The notes under the pieces were generated by a model that searched no databases, was not told the origin of the DNA, and saw nothing but the letters and a program-made list of their open reading frames with translations. The position numbers and the translations under genes were made by a program. 64,000 nucleotides of DNA, taken from assembly GCA_034003985.1 (NCBI GenBank), contig JAVEXP010000002.1:80789-144788 (forward strand), read 5' to 3'. This document shows, one piece after another, positions 55,099-63,167 of the stretch. Numbering within the stretch: position 1 is the stretch's first letter; every line of letters begins with the position of its first letter. This stretch comes from Patescibacteria group bacterium (GTDB lineage: Bacteria > Patescibacteriota > Patescibacteriia > Buchananbacterales > UBA6539).

Positions 55099-57363
55099 TT
55101 GATGAGACTGAAAAGAAATTTAATCCCAAGCGTTTTTTTGGTGTTGGCTTTGAGCCTGTCGGCTTGTGTTTTTTATCCGCCGCTATTGGCTCGCGCCTCT
55201 CAGTTGCCTCTTGGCCAGTATCAGCCAGGTGAATTTTTAGTCAGATTTAAAAGTAATCCCAAGGTTTATCGTTTTAAGACAACCCCTGATTTGGACATTG
55301 AGGCTGCCATTGCTAAATATGGCCGTTGGGACTCAGTTGAATTCATTGAACCAAACTATTTGTATCAGGCCGCTGCTTTCCCTAATGATCCAGATTATTC
55401 TTTACAGTGGTACCTGACTGCGGTCAATGCTAAGGAGGCCTGGTCAAAAGAATTGCTTTTGCGCCAGACCAACCCTAATCTCAAAGATCCGATTATTGCC
55501 GTCTTGGATACCGGAGTTTACCTGAATCACCCTGATTTAAAAGATCAGATTTGGACCAACCCCAAAGAAATCGCCAATGATGGGATTGACAATGACCGCA
55601 ACGGTTACATTGATGATGTCTACGGCTGGGATTTTCTTGATGATGATTCTGACCCGAATCCTTCATTCAGCGCAAATTATGATGCCGATGCCGTTAACCA
55701 CGGTACGATTGTTGCCGGTATTGCCGCGGCGGCTAATAACAACTTTCAAGGAATTGCCGGTGTCAGTTGGTCAGGCAAGATTATGCCGTTGCGGGTTTTG
55801 GATAGCCACGGCGGCGGGGAAGTCTACTCGGTAATCCGAGCGGTTGACTATGCCATCGCCAACGGGGCTGATGTTATCAACATGAGTTTTGTCGGCGATG
55901 ATTTTAGCCAGGCGTTGTTTGATGCCGTGCTTAAGGCTTATAACCATAATGTTATTGTCGTGGCGGCGGCCGGCAACACTAATCCCGGCGTCAATGGCGT
56001 TGATTTGGATGTTGCCAAATCATACCCGGTTTGTTTTCAGGGACCCCAGGGTGAAAATATGATTATTGGGGTCGCGTCGATCGGCAAAAATTTGGTTAAG
56101 TCGCCGTTTTCCAATTATGGCAGCTGTATTGATTTAGTTGCTCCGGGCGAAAGTTTTTATGCCACCCAGGTCAAACAATCCGGCATTTCCGGGTTTGAGA
56201 ATTATTACAACGGCTATTGGTCCGGTACTTCCTTGTCAACGCCGATTGTTAGTGCCGTTTTGGCTACCGTTAAGTCACTTAACCCTTTGGCCACTATTGA
56301 CCAAATTCAGTCGGTGGTCTTGAAGGCCACTAAAGATGTTTATTCTTATAACAGTATTTATCGCGATAAATTAGGTTATGGTCTAGTTGATTTCTATAAA
56401 GCCATTAATACTTCGTTGGCCAAAACCAATCCGGTTTCTCAAACCAATCAGAATCATTATATTTTGGCGGGGCTTGGTTACGGCTCTTTTCCGCAATTAA
56501 AGCTCCTTGCTTCAGACGATGGTCGGGAGTTCAAATCATTTTTTGCTTACAGTCCTTATTTTAACGGCGCTGTCAGGGTGGCATCCGGTGATTTGAATGG
56601 CGATGGTCAGCCCGAAGTGATTACCGGCACCGGCATCGGTGGTGGCCCGCATGTCAGAATTTTTGATATCAATGGCAAATTGATCTCGCAATTTTTTGCC
56701 TACGCCAAAGATTTTCGCGGTGGGGTTAATATTGCGACTGCCGATTTGGATAATGACGGCAAAGCCGAAATCATTACCGGCCCGGGTCCAGGTATTGAGC
56801 CGGAAGTCAAAGTGTTTGATTTGAATGGTAATCAGAAGCTTGGTTTCCTGGCCTATGGTCAAAATTTTTTGGGTGGGGTTAAAGTTGCCGCTGGTGATGT
56901 TGACGGTGACGGTCGTGACAACATTGTTGTTGGCGCTGGGAACGGCGGCGGTCCGCATGTTCGGATTTTTGAATATAACGGTAAATTACTGTCGCAATTT
57001 TTTGCTTACAACAGTGATTTCCATGGTGGGGTGAATGTTGCCGTTGGTGATTTCCATGGCGACGGTAAAGCGGAAATTGTCGTCAGTATTGAAAAAGATT
57101 CTTTGCCCACCGTCAGAGTGTTTAATTATCAGGGCATTAAACTTTCCGATTTTTTCGCTTTTGAATTTGATTTTCTAAAAGGTGTGGAGGTCGCAGTTGG
57201 CGATGTTACCGGCGACGGCCTGGCCGAAATCATCGCCGGAAAAGCTCAAGGTGGAGCGCCCTTAATTAAAATTTTTAATATTAACGGTAAGTTGAAATCC
57301 GAATTTTTTGCCCACAGTAAGGGTTATACCGGTGGCGTTAGAACCGCGGTTATTAGTTTTTAG
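55099..57363 (+). CDS. Secreted subtilisin-like S8 serine protease with C-terminal FG-GAP beta-propeller repeats
   Basis: Signal peptide; catalytic triad motifs AVLDTGV (Asp), HGTIVAGIAAA (His), GTSLSTPIVSA (Ser); six ~47-aa repeats of G-D-x-x-G-D-G-x-x-E-I-x-x-G ... G-G-P-x-V-x-x-F. Confidence 0.8.
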   Translation: MMRLKRNLIPSVFLVLALSLSACVFYPPLLARASQLPLGQYQPGEFLVRFKSNPKVYRFKTTPDLDIEAAIAKYGRWDSVEFIEPNYLYQAAAFPNDPDYSLQWYLTAVNAKEAWSKELLLRQTNPNLKDPIIAVLDTGVYLNHPDLKDQIWTNPKEIANDGIDNDRNGYIDDVYGWDFLDDDSDPNPSFSANYDADAVNHGTIVAGIAAAANNNFQGIAGVSWSGKIMPLRVLDSHGGGEVYSVIRAVDYAIANGADVINMSFVGDDFSQALFDAVLKAYNHNVIVVAAAGNTNPGVNGVDLDVAKSYPVCFQGPQGENMIIGVASIGKNLVKSPFSNYGSCIDLVAPGESFYATQVKQSGISGFENYYNGYWSGTSLSTPIVSAVLATVKSLNPLATIDQIQSVVLKATKDVYSYNSIYRDKLGYGLVDFYKAINTSLAKTNPVSQTNQNHYILAGLGYGSFPQLKLLASDDGREFKSFFAYSPYFNGAVRVASGDLNGDGQPEVITGTGIGGGPHVRIFDINGKLISQFFAYAKDFRGGVNIATADLDNDGKAEIITGPGPGIEPEVKVFDLNGNQKLGFLAYGQNFLGGVKVAAGDVDGDGRDNIVVGAGNGGGPHVRIFEYNGKLLSQFFAYNSDFHGGVNVAVGDFHGDGKAEIVVSIEKDSLPTVRVFNYQGIKLSDFFAFEFDFLKGVEVAVGDVTGDGLAEIIAGKAQGGAPLIKIFNINGKLKSEFFAHSKGYTGGVRTAVISF
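56509..57360 (+). repeat. Tandem coding repeats (FG-GAP-like modules, about six copies of ~140 bp)
   Basis: DNA-level similarity between units, e.g. ggtggtggcccgcatgtcagaatttttgatatcaatggcaaattgatctcgcaattttttgcctac vs ggcggcggtccgcatgttcggatttttgaatataacggtaaattactgtcgcaattttttgcttac. Confidence 0.6.
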
Positions 57364-57365
57364 CT

Positions 57366-57815
57366 ATGTTTTTTGATTTTATTAAGCGTCAAGTTTTCAT
57401 CCGGCAGTTTGTTAAATTTTGTGTTGTCGGCGGTTTGGCCGCCGTTATTAATTTTATTTTACTTTATGCTTTAACGGAATGGTTTGGGATCTGGTATGTG
57501 ATTTCTTCGGCCTTCGGCGGGGTGATTTCGGCAATTTGGAATTTTTTGGCCAATAAGTTTTGGACTTTTCGCAACCGCGACCGCGGGCGTCAGGCTTTGG
57601 AGCAGATGTTTAAGTTCATCGTGGTAATCGGCAGCGGGGTAGTGGTTAATACTTTACTGGTCTATTTGTTCACCGATTTCGGCGGACTTGATTATCGTTG
57701 GTCTTGGGTTTTGGCCACTGGCGTTGTTACTTTTTGGAATTTTGGGTTTAACCGGTTTTGGACCTTTGGCGCCAAATCGGGGATTGATCCAAAGTTGCTT
57801 TCCGGTTCTTTTTAG
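57366..57815 (+). CDS. GtrA-family small membrane protein (polyprenyl-phosphate-sugar flippase family)
   Basis: 149 aa, 4 TM, FVKFCVVGGLAAVINFILLYAL...WNFLANKFWTF pattern. Confidence 0.75.
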   Translation: MFFDFIKRQVFIRQFVKFCVVGGLAAVINFILLYALTEWFGIWYVISSAFGGVISAIWNFLANKFWTFRNRDRGRQALEQMFKFIVVIGSGVVVNTLLVYLFTDFGGLDYRWSWVLATGVVTFWNFGFNRFWTFGAKSGIDPKLLSGSF

Positions 57816-57860
57816 GTTATAATATATTAAAGTTTTGGGATTAAAATATAATTTAAAGTT

Positions 57861-58886
57861 ATGCCAAAAGTTGCCATTTTCGAGAAAAAAAATATTTTGG
57901 TAACCGGTGGGGCGGGGTTTATCGGTTCACATTTATGCGATGAGTTGGTTAAGGACAATAAGGTTATTTGCGTTGACAATTTTATTTCCGGGGATGAGGC
58001 CAATATCGATTATCTGCTGCGTAATCCAGATTTTAAGTTTATTAAACACGACATTAATGAACCGTTGGGCTTGGAGGCTTTGCCGGAATTGGAAGACTTT
58101 CGGATTAAGTTTCAGGGCCTTCAGGAGATTTATCATTTAGCTTGTCCAACCTCGCCTAAGGATTTCGAAAAAACCAGAATTCAGACCGCCTGGGCCAATT
58201 CGGTCGGTGTGAAGAACGCTTTGGATTTAGCCGTCAAATATAAGGCTAAATTTTTGCTTAGCTCCTCTTCGGTGGTTTACGGTCCGCGTGAGGCCAAAAA
58301 TAAATTTTTTTCGGAAAACTACACCGGGTTGGTTGACCAATTGAGTCCCCGTGCCTGTTATGATGAAGGTAAGCGCTTTGCCGAAACTTTGACTGAGACT
58401 TACGGCGAAGTCTATAATCTTGATACTAAAATCGTCAGGATTTTTAGGACCTACGGTCCGCGGATGAAATTGAATATCGGTGAGATGCTGCCCGATTTTG
58501 TTTCCGATGCTTTGGACAATAAAGATTTGGTGATTTATGGCGACCAGGATTTTTCTTCCTCTTTCTGCCATGTTTCCGATATCATTGAAGGAATGATTAA
58601 AGTCATGAAGAGCGGAGAAAGCGGTCCTTTGAATTTGGGTAGTGATTTGGAATACAAATTGGTGGATGTCGCCCAGAAAGTAATTGACATGACTGGCTCA
58701 AAATCAAAAATTATTTTTAAAAAACCCTTGCTGTTTATGTCTCCTTTGGGACTGCCTGACATCAGCCAGATTAAAGAGCGCCTGGGTTGGTTTCCGGTAG
58801 TTTTGCTAGAAGATGGCCTTCAGGGCGCGATTGATTACTTCAAGGCTCATAAGTCAATTTTGGGTCCGACCAGCCGGTTTAAATAA
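57861..58886 (+). CDS. UDP-glucuronate decarboxylase (UDP-xylose synthase, UXS family)
   Basis: ILVTGGAGFIGSHL; IYHLACPTSP; SPRACYDEGKRFAETL; RIFRTYGPRM, each matching UXS signature blocks (IYHLASPASP / PRACYDEGKR / RIFNTFGPRM) as recalled. Confidence 0.8.
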   Translation: MPKVAIFEKKNILVTGGAGFIGSHLCDELVKDNKVICVDNFISGDEANIDYLLRNPDFKFIKHDINEPLGLEALPELEDFRIKFQGLQEIYHLACPTSPKDFEKTRIQTAWANSVGVKNALDLAVKYKAKFLLSSSSVVYGPREAKNKFFSENYTGLVDQLSPRACYDEGKRFAETLTETYGEVYNLDTKIVRIFRTYGPRMKLNIGEMLPDFVSDALDNKDLVIYGDQDFSSSFCHVSDIIEGMIKVMKSGESGPLNLGSDLEYKLVDVAQKVIDMTGSKSKIIFKKPLLFMSPLGLPDISQIKERLGWFPVVLLEDGLQGAIDYFKAHKSILGPTSRFK

Positions 58887-58893
58887 TTTAGTT

Positions 58894-59571
58894 ATGAAGA
58901 CCGCGGTAGTAATTCCAGCTTACAATGAGTCCAAAATAATCAGTCAGACTATTGCCGGCCTCAGAGCCCAAAATCAGGTTAGTGAAGTGATTGTGGTTGA
59001 TGACGGCTCTGCCGACAATACCGGCCCGGCGGCTCGTGCTGCCGGTGCGGTGGTCTTGCGTCATCTTGTTAATCGCGGTCAGGGTGCAGCTTTACAAACC
59101 GGCATTAACTTTGCCTTAAAGCATGGCGCCAAAATCATTATTACCTTCGATGCCGACGGTCAGCATGACGCTAAAGAGATTGTTAAGATGATTGAACCGA
59201 TAATTTCGGGCCAATCGGCAGTAGTCTTGGGTTCTCGATTTTTGGTTAAGCAAAATCAAGTTCCTTTCAGTCGTTTGGCCGTTTTGAAACTGGCGATAAT
59301 ATTTACCAGGATTTATACTGGTTTAACAGTCACCGATGTCCATAACGGCTTTCGGGCATTTTCGGCCAAAGCCGCCAGCCAGCTTGATCTTCGGCAAGAC
59401 GGCATGGCTCATGCTTCCGAAATTCTTGAACAAATTCGGAAGCATCGCTTGGCTTTCTGCGAGGTGCCAGTCACTATTGCTTATACTGATTATTCTTTGC
59501 ATAAAGGCCAGCGCTTAAGCAACTCCTTTCGCATCGTTTTTGAATTAATTTTGGGGCGTTTAACCAAATGA
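58894..59571 (+). CDS. GT2 polyprenyl-phosphate glycosyltransferase (DPM1/GtrB/ArnC-like)
   Basis: MKTAVVIPAYNES...VIVVDDGSADNT (DxD region), 225 aa from ATG 58894; the ORF-track N-terminal extension overlapping uxs rejected. Confidence 0.75.
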   Translation: MKTAVVIPAYNESKIISQTIAGLRAQNQVSEVIVVDDGSADNTGPAARAAGAVVLRHLVNRGQGAALQTGINFALKHGAKIIITFDADGQHDAKEIVKMIEPIISGQSAVVLGSRFLVKQNQVPFSRLAVLKLAIIFTRIYTGLTVTDVHNGFRAFSAKAASQLDLRQDGMAHASEILEQIRKHRLAFCEVPVTIAYTDYSLHKGQRLSNSFRIVFELILGRLTK

Positions 59572-59900
59572 TTATCAAAATTTTAATCATCGTTTTTATC
59601 CTATTTGCCGTTTATCGTACGGTTGCCAGGTTCCGTCAGCGCGATATCGCTTTTCGGGAATTATTGATTTGGCTAATATTTTGGTTGCTGGTTGGTTTGG
59701 TGACGATTTTCCCCCAAAAGACCGACAGCATCGCCCAGTGGCTGGGTGTAAGTCGTGGTGCTGATTTGTTGGTTTATATTTCAATTATCGTATTGTTTTT
59801 TGCCGTTTTTAAGATTATCGTCAAACAGGAAAAAATTGAGCGCGATATCACCAAAATTGTCCGGGCCAAAGCCTTGGCCGAAAAACCAGATCATGAGTAG
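59568..59900 (+). CDS. Small 3-TM membrane protein (DUF2304-like), commonly paired with GT2 enzymes
   Basis: 110 aa; MIIKILIIVFILFAVYRTV...; overlaps neighbours by 4-8 nt. Confidence 0.5.
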   Translation: MIIKILIIVFILFAVYRTVARFRQRDIAFRELLIWLIFWLLVGLVTIFPQKTDSIAQWLGVSRGADLLVYISIIVLFFAVFKIIVKQEKIERDITKIVRAKALAEKPDHE

Positions 59901-60942
59901 TAAGAAAGTTTTAATAGTCATTGCAGTCCATAACGGCACCGATTTCCTCGGTGACTGTTTGTCTAGTCTTGCCAAAATCAATTACCCACAGGAAGACTTA
60001 ACTATTTTAGCTGTCGATGACTGCTCAACTGACAATTCGGTTGAATATCTCAAAACGACTTGGCCGCAGGTTGAGCTAATTATCAATCAGACCAATCTTG
60101 GTTTTGCCGTCAGTAATAATTTGGGATTTCAATACGCCCTTGACCATAATTTTGCCTATGTTTATATGTTGAATCAGGATACTGTCGTGGAGCCTGATTT
60201 TTTGTTTAAGGCAGTAGCTCTGGCTGAAAGTGATTCCCGTATCGGTGCGGTTCAGTCAAAACTGATGCTGTTTGCCGACCCAAACAAGATTAACAGTATC
60301 GGCAACGAGATCCACTTTTTGGGTTTTGCTTTCGCCGGCGGTTATCAATCCGCCGACCAGAATTTAGCGGCCAAGGAAATCACTTATCCTTCGGGCGCCG
60401 CGGTATTGTTGAAAACTTCAGCTTTAAAACAAATCGGTTTTTTGAATCCCGATTTTTTTATGTACCACGAAGATACCGACTTGGGCTGGCGGCTGTGGCT
60501 GGCGGGCTGGCGCGTGATGCTATCTCCCGATTCCGTGGTCTATCACAAGTATGAGTTTTCCCGCAGTATCAAAAAATATTATTACATGGAGCGCAATCGT
60601 TATTTGATTATTTTTCAAAATTATAAAATCGCCACTTTAATTTTACTTGCCCCAGCTTTGGCGGTTATGGACACGGCCATGATTTTTTATTCTTTCCTCA
60701 ACGGTTGGCATCGTCAGGAATTGCGTGCCATTAATTATTTGTTCAGTCCTTTGGCCTGGCAAAAAATCTATCATACTCGCAGAGCCGTTCAGGCTAGTCG
60801 CTGCGTCAAAGATCGCGAAATTGTCAAACGGTTTGTTGGCCGGATTGATTTTCAGGATATCCAAAATCCCTTATTGGAATATTTGGTCAACCCGGTATTT
60901 GATTTTTATTGGAAGATTATCCGGCATATTATTTTTTGGTAA
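59893..60942 (+). CDS. GT2 glycosyltransferase (rhamnosyl/WbbL-like GT-A)
   Basis: Start at MSSKKVLIVIAVHNGTD (ATG 59893); LAVDDCSTDNS, YMLNQDTVV (DxD region), C-terminal amphipathic/TM segment. Confidence 0.75.
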   Translation: MSSKKVLIVIAVHNGTDFLGDCLSSLAKINYPQEDLTILAVDDCSTDNSVEYLKTTWPQVELIINQTNLGFAVSNNLGFQYALDHNFAYVYMLNQDTVVEPDFLFKAVALAESDSRIGAVQSKLMLFADPNKINSIGNEIHFLGFAFAGGYQSADQNLAAKEITYPSGAAVLLKTSALKQIGFLNPDFFMYHEDTDLGWRLWLAGWRVMLSPDSVVYHKYEFSRSIKKYYYMERNRYLIIFQNYKIATLILLAPALAVMDTAMIFYSFLNGWHRQELRAINYLFSPLAWQKIYHTRRAVQASRCVKDREIVKRFVGRIDFQDIQNPLLEYLVNPVFDFYWKIIRHIIFW

Positions 60943-61036
60943 TTCACATTTCTTCTCTTCGTTCAGCCTGCCAGCAGGCAGGGATGACAAAGAAAGTGTT
61001 CAGGAGGATAGGGGGCATTTTTTTTGATGTTTGTTA

Positions 61037-61065
61037 TTGACAAATTGACAATGAATTGGTATATT
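61037..61065 (+). promoter_or_regulatory. Near-consensus sigma-70 promoter for the GC-rich orphan ORF
   Basis: TTGACA(61037)-17 bp-TATATT(61060); a second TTGACA 8 bp downstream of the first; GGAGGG RBS 9 nt before ATG 61123. Confidence 0.5.
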
Positions 61066-61122
61066 GTTTTGTTTGCAGAGTCTTTGTTTTCAGCCGTTCT
61101 GAACATATGGAGGGTCCAAAGC

Positions 61123-61482
61123 ATGGCATTGGGAAAAGGGGCTCTTAAGAATTTGAGAGCCAAAAAGACCGCGGTGCTTGACGAGTTCAAGCGCCAGGAA
61201 GAAGCCTTGGCAGTTGAGCTCAGGGGAGTCGTTCCCGAAGGCCTTAATGCCTGGCTTGAAGAGGATGGTAACGGAGTGATCGCCAACTTGTTTGAGTATG
61301 GTGAGGCGAGTCGCAAGTACCATGCCAGTCAAGAAGACGGCGAAACCTACGGCTACAAAAGCCTCAAAGAGTTTGCCGCTTGGCTCAAGCAGCTCCAGGC
61401 CGCCTGGCAGGGGGTTGTCGAAATCAAGACTGCCGGATCAGTCGGTGGTCATCGGCTTGATGTCAGATTTATCGTTGTCTGA
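61123..61482 (+). CDS. Hypothetical soluble protein encoded in a GC-rich (~53%) patch
   Basis: 119 aa from MALGKGALKNL...; own promoter and terminator; composition unlike neighbours. Confidence 0.45.
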   Translation: MALGKGALKNLRAKKTAVLDEFKRQEEALAVELRGVVPEGLNAWLEEDGNGVIANLFEYGEASRKYHASQEDGETYGYKSLKEFAAWLKQLQAAWQGVVEIKTAGSVGGHRLDVRFIVV

Positions 61483-61511
61483 CTTAGGGCTACTGGCTCG
61501 ACGCAAACAGC

Positions 61512-61551
61512 GGTCCCGCGGATGTCGTTTATCCCCGGGACCGAATTTTTT
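61512..61551 (+). terminator. Rho-independent terminator
   Basis: GGTCCCG...CGGGACC stem with T-run (gaatttttta) downstream. Confidence 0.5.
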
Positions 61552-61649
61552 ATATAACTTCGTGTTATTTTGAGGCCGTAGACCGAAGAATCTAGTTTTT
61601 TTAGGATGACATGGGGTGATTTTTATATCACTAAAATTATAGCAGGATT

Positions 61650-61970
61650 TTATTTTTCCCGATTAATCCATTTGGTCTTGATTGTTTCTTCCAGGTCAAT
61701 TTCTAGTAGGTGAGCGTTGACAATTACCATACCAATGACATCAGCCAATTCATCAGCTAGTTCTTTTTTTGATTCGGTTTCATTAATGTATTTTTCTGGC
61801 CGGCATTTTTTACGGTGAATTAAAATTGCCTGAGCCAGTTCGCCGACTTCTTCGTACAGTTTTAATAAGGCAAAATCTTCATCAATTTCAATATTATAGT
61901 TTTTGCCATACCTAATGGCATTTTGGATAATTTTGTCTTCTAATTCTTTGAATTCCATAGCTTTATTCAA
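61650..61970 (-). CDS. MazG-like nucleotide pyrophosphohydrolase domain protein
   Basis: 106 aa all-alpha; EEVGELAQAI and ELADELADVI motifs (EExxE metal-binding helices of the MazG/NTP-PPase family). Confidence 0.65.
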   Translation of the reverse strand: MNKAMEFKELEDKIIQNAIRYGKNYNIEIDEDFALLKLYEEVGELAQAILIHRKKCRPEKYINETESKKELADELADVIGMVIVNAHLLEIDLEETIKTKWINREK

Positions 61971-62042
61971 TTATTATAAATTTGTTTTTTCGATTTTTAA
62001 AAATAAAAGGGGAGCTAGGGTGAGTTTTGTTTTTAAAAATCC

Positions 62043-63158
62043 TCATCCTAAAAAATGTTTTTTGATTGATTCTTTTAATGCGCTTGATAAAAATGTCGGT
62101 ACGGCATTTCCTATTTGTAAATTTTTATCACTTCTTGAGCCATAAAAAATATAATCATCAGGAAAACATTGTATTCTTGCTCCTTCTCTTGTGGTTAGAG
62201 GCCTGGGCGCTTTTGGGTGGATGCATCTTGAAGAAGAAGGAGTACTTAAATTTCTAGTAATTGTTGTGCTTGGTCTATCCCACCAAAGTCTACAATAAGT
62301 ATTCGCAAAACCACTTTTAGGTCTTAGTTCTTTTGGCAAATCATTTGGTGTTCCTCCGTCGGGAAGATTTTCCATAAGACTTACTAACTTTTTATTATTG
62401 TTGGGAGCATTATGATCCATGATTTTTTTAGGAGCATTTTTTCTCATCAATTTTTGGAAATCGTTTTTTGGTTCTTCACTATATTCAAAACTTTCCTCCC
62501 CGCTTTTAATAAACGGTAGATCACTTATTGCTTCTGATAAAGTTAGATATGGCTTCAAATGTTGTGTCAAAAGAGTTTGTCCTTCTTCCGGATTATAATG
62601 AGTTGGCTTGGGATAGTTGAATTTGGTGTTCAATTTGGTCCCAATAATAATTATCCTTTCCCTAACTTGCGGCGCTCCGTAATCAGCAGCATTCAAAACT
62701 TTATATGCAACTTTATAACCCAAAGATTCAAATAAAGAAATAATTGTCGATAATAATTCTCCTCCTTGCATTGATAATAAACCTTTTACATTTTCAAAAA
62801 GAAAAACTCTTGGTTTTATTTCTTTAAGAACTCTATAATATTCTTGAAATAATTTTCCTCTTGGGTCATCAATCAATCTTTTCCCAACTGTTGAATAGGC
62901 TTGACAAGGGGGACCAGCAACAACTAAATCTATTTCACCTTCTTTAATACCAAAATCTTCTTGTAGGTCTACAATTCCAAACTCTTTAATATTTTTGCAG
63001 TAAACTTTTACTGTTGGGTGGTTTAATTCGTAGGCTTTTGCTATTTTTGGCAAAATTTCATTTGCTGCAATGATTTCAAAATTATCATCATTGGCAAAGC
63101 CAAAGCTTAGCCCTCCAACTCCTGCAAATAAATCTATAACTTTAATTTTTCTTGCCAT
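62043..63158 (-). CDS. DNA (cytosine-5)-methyltransferase
   Basis: Motif I IDLFAGVGGLSFGF, motif IV GPPCQAYS, motif VI ENVKGL, motif X LQIGNAVP; very AT-rich codon usage. Confidence 0.85.
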   Translation of the reverse strand: MARKIKVIDLFAGVGGLSFGFANDDNFEIIAANEILPKIAKAYELNHPTVKVYCKNIKEFGIVDLQEDFGIKEGEIDLVVAGPPCQAYSTVGKRLIDDPRGKLFQEYYRVLKEIKPRVFLFENVKGLLSMQGGELLSTIISLFESLGYKVAYKVLNAADYGAPQVRERIIIIGTKLNTKFNYPKPTHYNPEEGQTLLTQHLKPYLTLSEAISDLPFIKSGEESFEYSEEPKNDFQKLMRKNAPKKIMDHNAPNNNKKLVSLMENLPDGGTPNDLPKELRPKSGFANTYCRLWWDRPSTTITRNLSTPSSSRCIHPKAPRPLTTREGARIQCFPDDYIFYGSRSDKNLQIGNAVPTFLSSALKESIKKHFLG

Positions 63159-63167
63159 TATTATACC

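Noticed and set aside
56509-57360. Repetitive DNA that could be mistaken for a CRISPR array or satellite
   Set aside because: Repeats are in-frame coding units (FG-GAP-like modules) of the S8 protease, imperfect and without spacers of unique sequence; no cas genes in window
58813-58893. N-terminal extension of the DPM1-like GT2 overlapping the UXS gene
   Set aside because: Conserved GT2 start MKTAVVIPAYNES begins at ATG 58894 right after the UXS stop; the extension has no homology-like features
59755-59892. N-terminal extension of the second GT2 (MVLICWFIFQ...)
   Set aside because: Overlaps the DUF2304-like gene in another frame; the GT2 domain starts at MSSKKVLIVIAVHNG (59893)
60967-60982. 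Hairpin CCTGCC-agca-GGCAGG after the last GT2 gene as a terminator
   Set aside because: No adjacent T-run (nearest is ~35 nt downstream); too weak to annotate
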